NCBI GenBank assembly: GCA_965602015.1
Contig: OZ271918.1
Span: 2,144,001 to 2,208,000 of the forward strand
Direction: 5' to 3'
Source: Salinispira sp.
GTDB lineage: Bacteria; Spirochaetota; Spirochaetia; DSM-27196; Salinispiraceae
DNA length: 64,000 bases
Part shown: in pieces, positions 19,601 to 28,309 of the stretch
Layout of the letters: the number at the start of each line of letters is the position of its first letter
Numbering within the stretch: the first letter of the stretch is position 1
The notes under the pieces: model-generated
What the model was told of the DNA's origin: nothing
What the model saw: the letters and a program-made list of their open reading frames with translations, nothing else
Databases searched by the model: none
Translations under genes and position numbers: made by a program

Positions 19601-22600
19601 GCTTCGGCTGCCCCCGGTCGAGTTCAGGCTGATATATTGCCCGTCGGTGATGAGCTCAAAACCATCGGGAGCTTGTTCAAAATCTGCGGAAGCCAGTTCT
19701 CTGCCGTTGAGATAGAATTCATGGCGGCCGTCCCGGCTCCCCAGGCCGTACAAGCCGGGGTTGTCGTTTATTGCCCGGTTCTGGGAGTCGGCGACAAGAA
19801 AGAACAGCCCGGATACCCGATGGCTGCGGCCGAACTCGTCGGTTGCGTTGACCGAGTATCTATTGAGGCCGAAGGGCAGATTCGCGACCGGAATGGAAAA
19901 CAGCCCGGCTCCCTCGCCCCGGCTCGTACGGGCGGTGAGGGTCTCGCCGCCGTTGAGACTGTACTCTACTCTGCTGAGGGCAAAGGTACCGGGAACCCGG
20001 AAATTCAGTGACAGGTTTTCCTGACGGACAATTTGAGCTCCGGCGGTTAGGTCGACGGCGCTTATCCGGGGAAATCCGTCCACCACGGTAAATCGGGCGC
20101 TGCCCCTGAGCTGACTGTCCTCCCCGTAGTCCGCCGTGAGCGACAGGGTATAGCTGCCTTCGCCGGGGACTGGAATAAAGCCCTCGGCAACCGGGAAGCC
20201 CTGAATGCTGCCCTCGCTGACTTCCGGTATGCTGTAGCGGATGTTTCGAACCGATTCGACTCCCCGAAATGCCGCGGCGATGTACATTCCGCTGCCCGCC
20301 TGATCGGAGCGAAGCAGCCCGTTGCCGCCGGTTCCCAGGAGTACTGTTACCCCGGGTCGGGGCGGGTTTTCCGGGTCTTCAGTGGGGGCAAAGCTGCGAT
20401 ACACCGAACGGCCCTTGCCGGAGCTGTCCATCGCCCTGATCTGGACCAGTACCGGCGCTCCCTCTGCAGCTGCCACGTCGACCGGGAGATCAAAACTCCA
20501 GCGACCCTCAGCTTCCCTGAGGGTTACCGGGGAAAAGTCTCCCCGGTTTATCCGGTACTCTACTGTTGGCCTTCCGGCATCATCGTCCACGCTCCCGCTG
20601 ATTCGGGGGTTACGGCCGTAGCTTCCCGAGGCGTCGCCCGACAGTTCGAATTCCGGCGGCGCAAAATCAAAAACCAGCGTCGGAAGATCTGCTTCAAATT
20701 CCGTTCCCCGGTCGGTGACGCCGTAAATGCTGAGGTTTTCATACACGCCGGGCTCCGCGCTGCGGATTTCAATGAGCCCGTTCCGCACCTGGGCTTCAAG
20801 AACATCGCTGCCGCGTACTTCAATTGTTTCCAAGGGGTGACCGATAAATCGCAGTTGGTAGGCCTCGCCGCGGGAGAGCTGCGCCCGGGCACCATCAGCC
20901 AGATAGAAACCAAAATCCGACAGGGGACGGCTGAGGTTCCGGCTCCACAAGTAAGCAGTTCGTTCAATCTGCGTTCCCAGGGCGTCCGAGGCGACAATGG
21001 TAACCGGAAGATAGCCGAAGGGGACCCGGGGGCCAAGTTCTATGGCGAAAAGGTACTCCCCTTGCTCATCGCCGCGGGTGAGCCGTACTTCCCGTTGGTC
21101 GACTCCCGGCAAACTCACCGTGACGCTGCCTGATCCGCTTGCGAAAACCACCGATCCGCTGAGTATCCGGTGCCGGTCGCTTCGAAACTCCAGCCCGGGG
21201 CGGTAAGCCAAGGTGCTTCCGTCGCCGGCCGCCATGGATTGGAAACTGATTTGCGGTTCATCTGGAGGAATGAAAAAACTGATTTGCTGTTCATCGCCTT
21301 CGAATCCGTATCGGTCGACGGCCCGGATGCTTATCTGGTGATCGCCGGGTGACAGATCCTCCAGATCGACGGAAAAGCTGCCGTCGGACTCAATGCGTTG
21401 CGGCTCGCCCCGGTTGAGCCGGTACACCACCGCTTCTGGTGCGTCATCATCGCTCACCCAGCCGGCAAGGCGGGGTTCGCTGTCCCCTTCGCTTACGGGA
21501 GATAGCAACTGCACGCCGGGCTTGTCCGCTTCCACATCAAGCGGGCGTCGGAGGCGGAGCTCGGTCTGGTTCCCCGCCACATCGCTGAGAATAAAATCAA
21601 GATCCATCTGGTCCTTCCCGACGAAATCGACCATGATGGACCAAAATGGATTGCCTGGTGGGAGCTGTATCTCCTGGAGCTCGCCGCCGCGGTACGACCA
21701 GAACAGGCTTTCCACGCCGGTATCGTCTGACGCCCGTCCGGCAACCATAAAGTACCCGTTTTCCGGCTCATCTTCCCGGGGGTAGACAATCTCTATGACC
21801 GGCGGGCTGTTATCCACATACAAAAGGAGGGCAGTCTCAGCCGTTGACCCCTGAAGGTCCGTGCTCCGAAACAGGAGAATCTGGGGTCCGTCGAGTAAAT
21901 CCCTGCTGTTTATCGGAATAATAAAGGCTGCCTGACCTTCCCGGGCCGAGCGTGGAATCCGGGCCTCAAGCCACGAATCGCCGCCGTCAAGAGAGTATTC
22001 CATGGCAGCGACCCCGTTCGAGTCGCTGGTATTGCCGGCAATCTGAAATCTTCCGCTGACAAGGTCTCCGTTGCGGTGACTGTCTATTGAAATAAGCGGG
22101 GCGTCGCGGTCGAGAAAAAAGCGCTGACTGACTTCCCTTCCCTGCAATCCGTTGACGTCGGTGGCCCGGGTAGTTACGGTATATTGCCCGTCGGCAAGGG
22201 AATCGGTTTCAATTCGCTGTGACCAAAAATCCGCCCCATCCGCCCTGCGGAAAGCCTCATCTCCTAAGCGAACTTCGACAAACTGAACCTGATCATCATC
22301 ACGGGCGCTTCCGAGTACGGTGAGGTCTCCGGTAATCCGCAAATCCCTTCCGGGATATGTGATGGACGCTACGGGAAGGTCGGATTCCGGATCAATACGA
22401 ATGTCCACCGGCTCTGCTTCAATCACATTGCCGGCTATATCCCGGGCCCTCACGACAACATTATACACACCGGGATCAAGATTGCTGATATCGAATGCTT
22501 TTTGCCATTGATTGATGCCGTCTACCGGGAGAAAAACCTCCAAACCGTCTTCAGCGGCGGACTGAGCTTCTGACGGAGAAACCCCGGCGGTCTCCCCGTC

Positions 22601-22666
22601 CTGGGCGAAAATCGAGAACAACAATAGCAATGTATAAACGAGCGCAAGAAACCTCGGTCTCACCAC
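16652..22666 (-). CDS. 2004-aa Ig-like repeat protein with a Sec signal peptide and a C-terminal outer-membrane beta-barrel-like domain
   Basis: Signal peptide ...LLLFSIFA-QD. About 16-17 Ig-like repeats (estimated) of the same type as the downstream gene. The last ~160 aa are amphipathic strands ending YRMAFGLRINVF with a terminal Phe. Confidence 0.88.
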   Translation of the reverse strand: MVRPRFLALVYTLLLLFSIFAQDGETAGVSPSEAQSAAEDGLEVFLPVDGINQWQKAFDISNLDPGVYNVVVRARDIAGNVIEAEPVDIRIDPESDLPVASITYPGRDLRITGDLTVLGSARDDDQVQFVEVRLGDEAFRRADGADFWSQRIETDSLADGQYTVTTRATDVNGLQGREVSQRFFLDRDAPLISIDSHRNGDLVSGRFQIAGNTSDSNGVAAMEYSLDGGDSWLEARIPRSAREGQAAFIIPINSRDLLDGPQILLFRSTDLQGSTAETALLLYVDNSPPVIEIVYPREDEPENGYFMVAGRASDDTGVESLFWSYRGGELQEIQLPPGNPFWSIMVDFVGKDQMDLDFILSDVAGNQTELRLRRPLDVEADKPGVQLLSPVSEGDSEPRLAGWVSDDDAPEAVVYRLNRGEPQRIESDGSFSVDLEDLSPGDHQISIRAVDRYGFEGDEQQISFFIPPDEPQISFQSMAAGDGSTLAYRPGLEFRSDRHRILSGSVVFASGSGSVTVSLPGVDQREVRLTRGDEQGEYLFAIELGPRVPFGYLPVTIVASDALGTQIERTAYLWSRNLSRPLSDFGFYLADGARAQLSRGEAYQLRFIGHPLETIEVRGSDVLEAQVRNGLIEIRSAEPGVYENLSIYGVTDRGTEFEADLPTLVFDFAPPEFELSGDASGSYGRNPRISGSVDDDAGRPTVEYRINRGDFSPVTLREAEGRWSFDLPVDVAAAEGAPVLVQIRAMDSSGKGRSVYRSFAPTEDPENPPRPGVTVLLGTGGNGLLRSDQAGSGMYIAAAFRGVESVRNIRYSIPEVSEGSIQGFPVAEGFIPVPGEGSYTLSLTADYGEDSQLRGSARFTVVDGFPRISAVDLTAGAQIVRQENLSLNFRVPGTFALSRVEYSLNGGETLTARTSRGEGAGLFSIPVANLPFGLNRYSVNATDEFGRSHRVSGLFFLVADSQNRAINDNPGLYGLGSRDGRHEFYLNGRELASADFEQAPDGFELITDGQYISLNSTGGSRSGPLTITSTTIDGDVYRIGPAQYSADVSPPELRIVSDVAGEHFSSEVPIRVSLTDEDETVLEYRLDDGNWSAFPFDASGETAEGETDADDGDGDDAQDRPEAGESAGISPPTDGNFSGRIPIGARPDGPLTITLRARDASGNSSTRDVLVFRDASAPVITPILPEAGEAINGAISLMFRVDDNYARDIVGSFALGDGITNLQADNGFLRLDADFSPFSELPDNFVLSMLDEANNEGEIRPAIAFDPESDKPRVQVQLPVPNALITGDAVFSGTVLDDDGISRISWSLDGGEPRDLDGGNSFELTVPFADLADNEHLMEITAYDLQGVPSDPVRIPFRVSRQNPDAELTSPVLGSTNRAEITLEGRATDENGISRILVSFNNGLSYKEASLLPVVGDDAQNIGDEGEVEDFAEITPPEDPSVPEAERSWVYALDSQVLVDGTYMVLIRAVDGYGVESVATSLLTVDNTSPFVEVSLPRDGEDFTEELPLQMRLSDELSVSRVQYQISLLDEEGDGESTGLEGSLVPQPVVIEQLDITSLDPGLYNLTLYVYDDANNETIVSRDFIRRVSVDQSIPKILYPLDGAEIRGPFYLEGRVEGDRIPETVSLYRNGSAFAVSETDEQGYFRHQLASGDIPEGDQRFSVAIDLPGSERRISREIRVDYAESGPWVMMSSIRTGQFASQRPWIEGSAGYNLSVSQADSDGDGELSRAELRPFALEALEYSLDNGLVFREIRAEEQWRFRLETQEINDGQLSILVRARFANGETAQDTVYVFVDDTNPAVTILDPEEGLAFNGELMVSGTASDSNGLSDISVMLRPRSKNSYEVPQFIQGLYVDAHVLGATIWEVGLGLTFFDNNVKLQALFGQAPPGRFNGNVLGFKMLANVFSLPYGFLFGPDWDFLSSSIAVGAAFEYFTMENSPTPDQPGLVLGAIILQLELLKIELQNAGMFNAYAAYVENQLWFISSDVQGGLAYRMAFGLRINVF

Positions 22667-22781
22667 AAAACCTCACAATAGGGATACGACGATCCAGCAA
22701 AAGAATGAATTAAGACTGCAAAAACGGAGATGAACATTTTTTAATTTTCGGCACATTTACCGACTCAGCCGGCAAATATAC

Positions 22782-22796
22782 TATGATTATATCATA
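22782..22796 (-). promoter_or_regulatory. Extended -10 promoter of the Ig operon embedded in a palindrome
   Basis: Minus strand TGaTATAAT (22794-22786) lies within the inverted repeat TATGAT-tat-ATCATA. Confidence 0.55.
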
Positions 22797-22863
22797 ATTG
22801 GGGAGGAATTACTAAAAAAGGACGGTTCATTGGAGAAATTTACTATTCAAAAAGGGTAAAATT

Positions 22864-24501
22864 CTACTTTATCACCTGGTCGGTTACCACATACGGATGA
22901 CCCATGCGTCCGTTATCCCTGCTGCGGCGGGCTTCAAAGGTTCGGTAATCGATGGCCGGAAAAATATTATTTTTCTTTTCGATGCGGGTAAGCCATTCGG
23001 TTCCCAGGTTGCCCTGACCGAGGGATTCGTAGATAAAATAGAAGTTTCCGATGTGTTCCCTGATTCGCGCCCTGGCATACTCTTCGGAAACCCCGGATCG
23101 CATGATTACCGACCAGTCGACGGTTTGGGCCAATAGAACCTCCCGGGCCGCCTGATTCAAGGCCCGTTTTTTGAGGCCGGTAACATTAGGGAACCGCTCG
23201 ACCAGCTCCTGCATGTGCTCAATAGCCGAGTGCAGGTGACGGTAAATCCAGTCATTTGCCCCATTGAGCCACACTTCAGCATATCCCTTGTTTCCCCAGG
23301 AAGAGAAAACCGGTGAAAGAGTTTGCTGAACGGCATTTTTCTCCAGGAAGGCGCCGGGGGTCGTGCTGCCGATAGTTCCGTCGGCATGAATGCGCCGAAC
23401 AACCTGCTCCAGCCACTGGACGCCTTCAAACCACCAGTGGCCGAAAAGCTCGGCGGAAAACGGCGCGGTTATGAGGGCTTCGCCGTCCATTAGACCGTCA
23501 GCGGTTTTAAGCCGCTCCCGAATAGTATAGAGAAAATTATCGGCATGCTCAGCTATTTTGCCCCTGGCCTGCTCGGGCTGATACGGTTGTTTTTCGACCG
23601 TGTTACCGGTTATGGCGTAGTATTTGTACCCCGTATTCACCCGAAACTCTTCCAGGTGAATATACGGTTTGATGTAATCGAAATCTAGATCGTGCCCGAT
23701 ATCCCGGTAGAAATCCCGGTAGCTCACTTCCCCGGGGTATCCGTCGATATCTGACCAGACCCGGTTCACCGATGCCACATCGCGGGCGAATGCATAGGGT
23801 CCCGCGGGAGTCTGAACCGGAGCATATGTACCGGAAGTCGGACAGTTTTTGGCGAATAGCAGACCGTGGGCCTCGACGAAAAAGTAATGAAGCCCATGCT
23901 CTTTCAAGATTTCCTCGAGTCCGGGATAGTATCCGCATTCCGGAAGCCAGATTCCCTTAGAGGCCCGGCTGAAAATCTCCCGGTGGCTGTCCAGGGCAGC
24001 CTCGATATGCGCATGAATGTTTGCGGGGTACTGTTCGTAAAACGGCAGAAAGGGATAGGTGCCCGGACTGGTTATAATCTCGATATTGCCTTTTTTCTGG
24101 TGATAATCAAAGCCCGAAAGCAGATCACGGTTGATCTGGTTGAGGAAAAAATCCAGGTTCTGGCGATATAAATCGAGATACATGCGGGCGAGACCGTTAA
24201 ATTGCGGGTCGTCCTGGGTGCGCCGCACTTCCTTCTCGCCCAGTTCAATCAGGTTTTCCACATAGCTGACATAGCGCTCCTGCAGGAGTTCGTCTTTGAG
24301 CATTGCAGTGAGGCTCGGGGAAAAACTAATGGTAATATTCGCGGGAATGCCGTCAGCATCGAGATTGTGGAGCATTCGCAAAAGAGGGGTATAGGATTCG
24401 GAAATCGCTTCAAACAGCCAGGTTTCTTCGAAAAACGATTCGTGTTCCGGGTGTTTAATAAATGGCAGGTGGGCATGCAGTACTAATTGAATCTTTCCCA
24501 T
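22864..24501 (-). CDS. GH57 family 1,4-alpha-glucan branching enzyme-like protein (DUF1957), acid/base Asp replaced
   Basis: HAHLP, ESYTPLL, WLPECGY, (S)AELFGHWWFEG and ARE.LLAQ..DW motifs. Confidence 0.9.
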   Translation of the reverse strand: MGKIQLVLHAHLPFIKHPEHESFFEETWLFEAISESYTPLLRMLHNLDADGIPANITISFSPSLTAMLKDELLQERYVSYVENLIELGEKEVRRTQDDPQFNGLARMYLDLYRQNLDFFLNQINRDLLSGFDYHQKKGNIEIITSPGTYPFLPFYEQYPANIHAHIEAALDSHREIFSRASKGIWLPECGYYPGLEEILKEHGLHYFFVEAHGLLFAKNCPTSGTYAPVQTPAGPYAFARDVASVNRVWSDIDGYPGEVSYRDFYRDIGHDLDFDYIKPYIHLEEFRVNTGYKYYAITGNTVEKQPYQPEQARGKIAEHADNFLYTIRERLKTADGLMDGEALITAPFSAELFGHWWFEGVQWLEQVVRRIHADGTIGSTTPGAFLEKNAVQQTLSPVFSSWGNKGYAEVWLNGANDWIYRHLHSAIEHMQELVERFPNVTGLKKRALNQAAREVLLAQTVDWSVIMRSGVSEEYARARIREHIGNFYFIYESLGQGNLGTEWLTRIEKKNNIFPAIDYRTFEARRSRDNGRMGHPYVVTDQVIK

Positions 24502-24544
24502 TAACGGCGTTCTCCCGGACTTTTTTGAATTTCCCTTTTGAATA

Positions 24545-25372
24545 TCACTGCTCGTCCTGTTCGATTATTTCCACAAGGCGCCGCGGGCTTCCCTCAAAGG
24601 CGCTGACCCCGAGATCTTCGATGCCCGACAGTGCTATAAGCACTTCGCTTTCCTGACTGTTGATATTTTCGAGATTGCGGCTGAAATTCCCGCCGGGGAC
24701 AAAAATCATTCCGGAGCGGGCGAGGCTTTCATGCCCCTCGTTTAATTCAGCGACAAGCTCGACGCTATAGTAGCGGTTGCGCCGGGGAATGTTAATATAC
24801 CAGCTGCTGTCGCTCATTTGTACGGGTATTTTCATTTCAACCCGGTTTGCGGAAGCCTCCGCTTGGGGTGACGGGCCGACGGAGCTGCCTTCCACCGTTT
24901 CGCCGGCGGGGCGGTCCTCAGCAATTGATGATTCATGTTCGCGCAGAACTATGCAAAAGTATTTGAAGTCGCTGCGGCCGGTCAGTCTGGCTCGGTCCTG
25001 ATTTGATATGTCCCAATAGCTGTAGGCCCATTCGGGGTCCCGAAGCATGAGCATAATGCGGGTCACATTATACTGTTCGGGGAAGGTGAAAAAAGAATTC
25101 TCATCGTCGAAGGGATGCCCGAATATTTCCTCTATGCTCTGGAAATGTTTCTGCTGATAATTCACCGGATGGGAATCGCTTTCCTGCTGCTCCTGACGAC
25201 TCTCTTCCATTACGTCGAAGATCTGCTCTTCCAGCTCCCGGCGGCTTTCCTGAGGGATCGGCTCAAGTGAGTCCTCATCAAGATTGTACTCGTCAAAGGG
25301 ATCGAGGGAGAAAAGCTCGGCGAGTTTGACCAGGTCTTTATCGCTTAATTTTGAAATTCGTTCTCTTGTCAT
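24545..25372 (-). CDS. DUF4912 domain protein
   Basis: FPEQYNVTRIMLMLRDPEWAYSYWDI and SWYINIP...YSVEL motifs; typical neighbour of GH57 branching enzymes. Start ATG 25372 (25405 is an alternative). Confidence 0.82.
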   Translation of the reverse strand: MTRERISKLSDKDLVKLAELFSLDPFDEYNLDEDSLEPIPQESRRELEEQIFDVMEESRQEQQESDSHPVNYQQKHFQSIEEIFGHPFDDENSFFTFPEQYNVTRIMLMLRDPEWAYSYWDISNQDRARLTGRSDFKYFCIVLREHESSIAEDRPAGETVEGSSVGPSPQAEASANRVEMKIPVQMSDSSWYINIPRRNRYYSVELVAELNEGHESLARSGMIFVPGGNFSRNLENINSQESEVLIALSGIEDLGVSAFEGSPRRLVEIIEQDEQ

Positions 25373-25428
25373 ATACCCCGCTTCCGTTATGGAACCTTGG
25401 GGCATACTAGGTTTTTGTCATGCTTCTG

Positions 25429-26325
25429 TCAAGACACACGCCTTCCCATAACCATCACAACATCTCCAATACCTGTAATACGAGCGAGACGGTCCACGGC
25501 CCGCTTCACCGGAGACGGAGCCATACCTACTGGTATGCCGCCCCAGGTTTTACTGCGAAGCGGAGTAAAGCCGTGGCGCTCAAGGAGCAGGTGCAACTCC
25601 TTCGTCGAGAAAAGATGCGTATGGTCGGCTATGGCGGAACGCCACTGCGAACCCATGAGCCAGGCCTGCAAACTGCGCCGGTTTGGCGTCGTAATAACCA
25701 CATGTCCGCCGATCCTGCAGATTCTCCGCACCTCCGCAAGGAATGCATTGACATCCGGCAGATGCTCGATGACGTGGGAAAAATGAATAAGATCATACGC
25801 GCCGCTCTCAAGCCCGGCGGCCTCGAGGGTATCGATATGGATGGGGACCCCCCGGTGTTTGATTCCGTACTCGGCTGCCGGAGCGCATACTTCCAGACCC
25901 TCGGCTTCCCATCCCAAATCATTGAGGTATTGGACCAGGACACCGGTGGCGCAGCCGATATCAATTGCCCGCGGCGCGCTTTTCCTTTCCGAATCCGCCA
26001 AATGCTGCGCCGTCAGGGAAAACACACCGGCATCCCGAAGACCGAAACGCATGAGCGTGAAAAAATTCTGGCTGTTTTCAACCTCGTAATCCCGGTATTC
26101 CTCATCATAGCGGTCGATGAGGTCGCCGCTCAGCGGGCGGGGATTCTGATAGAGGTGTCCGCACCCGCAACAGCGGGAAAACGAGAACTCTCCGCAGTTC
26201 CAGTGGTTCTCTATCCGGGTGGCAGCGCAGACCGGGCATTGTACCGCTTCATGGGTCTCGCTGTCGGCAGGTCGTTTGCTGAACGTCTTGTAGCTATACT
26301 TATTCAGGCCCAGGAGGCCCGCCAT
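25429..26325 (-). CDS. Class I SAM-dependent methyltransferase with an N-terminal Zn-ribbon
   Basis: CPVC...CCGCG; AIDIGCATG motif I; HVIEHLPD; VVITTPN. Start is uncertain. Confidence 0.85.
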   Translation of the reverse strand: MAGLLGLNKYSYKTFSKRPADSETHEAVQCPVCAATRIENHWNCGEFSFSRCCGCGHLYQNPRPLSGDLIDRYDEEYRDYEVENSQNFFTLMRFGLRDAGVFSLTAQHLADSERKSAPRAIDIGCATGVLVQYLNDLGWEAEGLEVCAPAAEYGIKHRGVPIHIDTLEAAGLESGAYDLIHFSHVIEHLPDVNAFLAEVRRICRIGGHVVITTPNRRSLQAWLMGSQWRSAIADHTHLFSTKELHLLLERHGFTPLRSKTWGGIPVGMAPSPVKRAVDRLARITGIGDVVMVMGRRVS

Positions 26326-27148
26326 CGATGGTAAACTCATAACTCTGAGACAACCCCTTCGGGTCGGACAGATACACCTCAATTATATTCATACCCGGCC
26401 GTAGACTGATCTGCAGCCGGTCGCCGTTATCTGAACGCCCTGGTATTAATGACAACTCTTCTCCATTTTCGGCGAAATACTCGAGACCCTGACGCAAAAT
26501 TAACTGGCCGTTAGCGTAGACCCGCAGTGAGAAAATATTATCCACATCATTCCAGCTGAAACGCCCGTCTGCCCAGTCCAGATTAACCAGATACTGCCCT
26601 GAAGCTATCCTGCTGCGGCGAACCCAGGACCACAAATCTATGGTTTCGCCGAGGACCCCGCCGTCCAGCACAGAAGAAAATCTGAGACGCCTGAGGCTGG
26701 GGGCCTGGTTTCCCGGCGGGGCGGAGAAGAGTATTTCGGGATTGATAATGCGGTGGCGCAGACTGTCGATTGCAAAAAAGATAAGCGGTTTGCGCAAGAC
26801 CCCCTGCCCATCGATATTTTCCGTAGCGATGCGACGGTTCTCTCCATCAGAAGAAGCTGAAGTGCGGGAGAGGTTTGCATACACGAAGCGAATACCATTG
26901 TACTCGGCGGTCATTTCGCTCATGCCAAGCCCATTGGGCAATAGCCCCCGGAAAATCACCTCGCCGGTTCCCGAAGGAGAAAAATCACCCCGGGATGCGA
27001 AGGCCATATAGGCGGGAAAGCCCTCTGGGTAGAGGGCAGAACCGCTTGCGGCAAACTCGGTTACCGGTTCTTCAAATGAGGGCCAATCAAAAGCCGACGC
27101 CGAAAAACTGAGCAGGCACAGGCACACAGCACAAAGCACTATCCTCAT
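26300..27148 (-). CDS. Exported protein with a degenerate M23 peptidase-like N-terminal domain
   Basis: Signal peptide (ASA-FDWP); GTGEVIF...PNGLG...GIRFVYANL...IINPE pattern of the M23 fold, without the Zn-ligand His residues. Confidence 0.6.
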   Translation of the reverse strand: MRIVLCAVCLCLLSFSASAFDWPSFEEPVTEFAASGSALYPEGFPAYMAFASRGDFSPSGTGEVIFRGLLPNGLGMSEMTAEYNGIRFVYANLSRTSASSDGENRRIATENIDGQGVLRKPLIFFAIDSLRHRIINPEILFSAPPGNQAPSLRRLRFSSVLDGGVLGETIDLWSWVRRSRIASGQYLVNLDWADGRFSWNDVDNIFSLRVYANGQLILRQGLEYFAENGEELSLIPGRSDNGDRLQISLRPGMNIIEVYLSDPKGLSQSYEFTIDGGPPGPE

Positions 27149-28296
27149 CAGCCCTCCTCCAGTATGAAGGAGGAAAGCAATCCGCTTCCCCGAATAAAGA
27201 TTCTGTCACCCCGCCACTCAATGCGCGCATCAAAGGGTAACTGCCTCCTCAAAAGCTCATGTCTGGTGTTTCTGTGATGGATAACAAGTCCGCTCTGCTG
27301 CGGACCCTGCAGGACGGTCCAGTCGACTCCCGCCGGGGATTCGGGGCTGCCTGCTGCCACCCTAACGCTTGAGGGCAACAGGACTCCGCCTTCAATCCTG
27401 CCCTCATTACCAACCGTCTCGGGGAAAAACGATGCAAGGAAGGAGCCCTCCGGGCTTGAAACCGAAATTCTCAGACTCCCGTCGGCATCGGACACCAGAT
27501 TAATAGCTGCAGGCGAGATGAGCTGGAAGTCCAGCTCCAGCTCGCCTATCATCCGCAAGCTTCCCTGAGTCTCCCCGAAGGGAACAAACTCCACAATACC
27601 AAGGGTCATTGGCCTAAAGCCGCCGAGAACCGCCACAACCACCCGGTCACTTGCCTGCTCTTCGGTGGCGCGAAGGATTCCCATGCGGGCCCCATAGCTT
27701 ATTGGGTGGGCTGAATTGCCACCGGTTGTCCAGCTGGCCAATGTTTCCCCGCCCTCATTAAAGACAAACACCCTGCCGTCCAAAAGCGATATGAGGTACA
27801 GCGGCATATCATTTTCAAACTTTTGCGCCGCAGATACCGGACTGGACCATCGGCGGGAAAACAGGAGTTCTCTGACGTTGTCATAGGCTCTCAAGCCCAG
27901 GCCGTCGGGGTCTATTGTCAGTAATCCGTCACCGGCGAAAATGGGGAAGCCCCGGGTTTCAACTGTTTCAAGCACGTCTCCCGGGGGCGAGCGTCGGATG
28001 AGGGTCGAGTGATATTGCGAGGTATTAATCAGACCCCGGTCATCATATTCCCAGTAAAAATCCCGGCTCTCCCGGTGACCGACTTGACCAGAGTCACTGA
28101 CGAACAGAATATCCTCTCCCAGTGGCAGGGCAACCCAGGTTTCAGGAGCAATAATTTGGCTTGCCCGGACGTCTTCCGGGGTTACCCACATATCCCTCAC
28201 GAGAATTTCTGGAGGAAGTCTCATAGGAAAGAGAAAAAACGGCAGCATCACATAGCTGAGGGAGACCAATATTATCAGGATGCGGATGTATTTCAT
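27148..28296 (-). CDS. Membrane-anchored hypothetical protein, probable beta-propeller
   Basis: 382-aa ORF with an N-terminal TM segment and repeated short beta motifs (GLRAYDNVRELLFSRRW, GRVFVFNEGGETLASW); 1-nt overlap with the next gene. Confidence 0.6.
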   Translation of the reverse strand: MKYIRILIILVSLSYVMLPFFLFPMRLPPEILVRDMWVTPEDVRASQIIAPETWVALPLGEDILFVSDSGQVGHRESRDFYWEYDDRGLINTSQYHSTLIRRSPPGDVLETVETRGFPIFAGDGLLTIDPDGLGLRAYDNVRELLFSRRWSSPVSAAQKFENDMPLYLISLLDGRVFVFNEGGETLASWTTGGNSAHPISYGARMGILRATEEQASDRVVVAVLGGFRPMTLGIVEFVPFGETQGSLRMIGELELDFQLISPAAINLVSDADGSLRISVSSPEGSFLASFFPETVGNEGRIEGGVLLPSSVRVAAGSPESPAGVDWTVLQGPQQSGLVIHHRNTRHELLRRQLPFDARIEWRGDRIFIRGSGLLSSFILEEG

Positions 28297-28309
28297 GGGA
28301 TTGTCTTAA

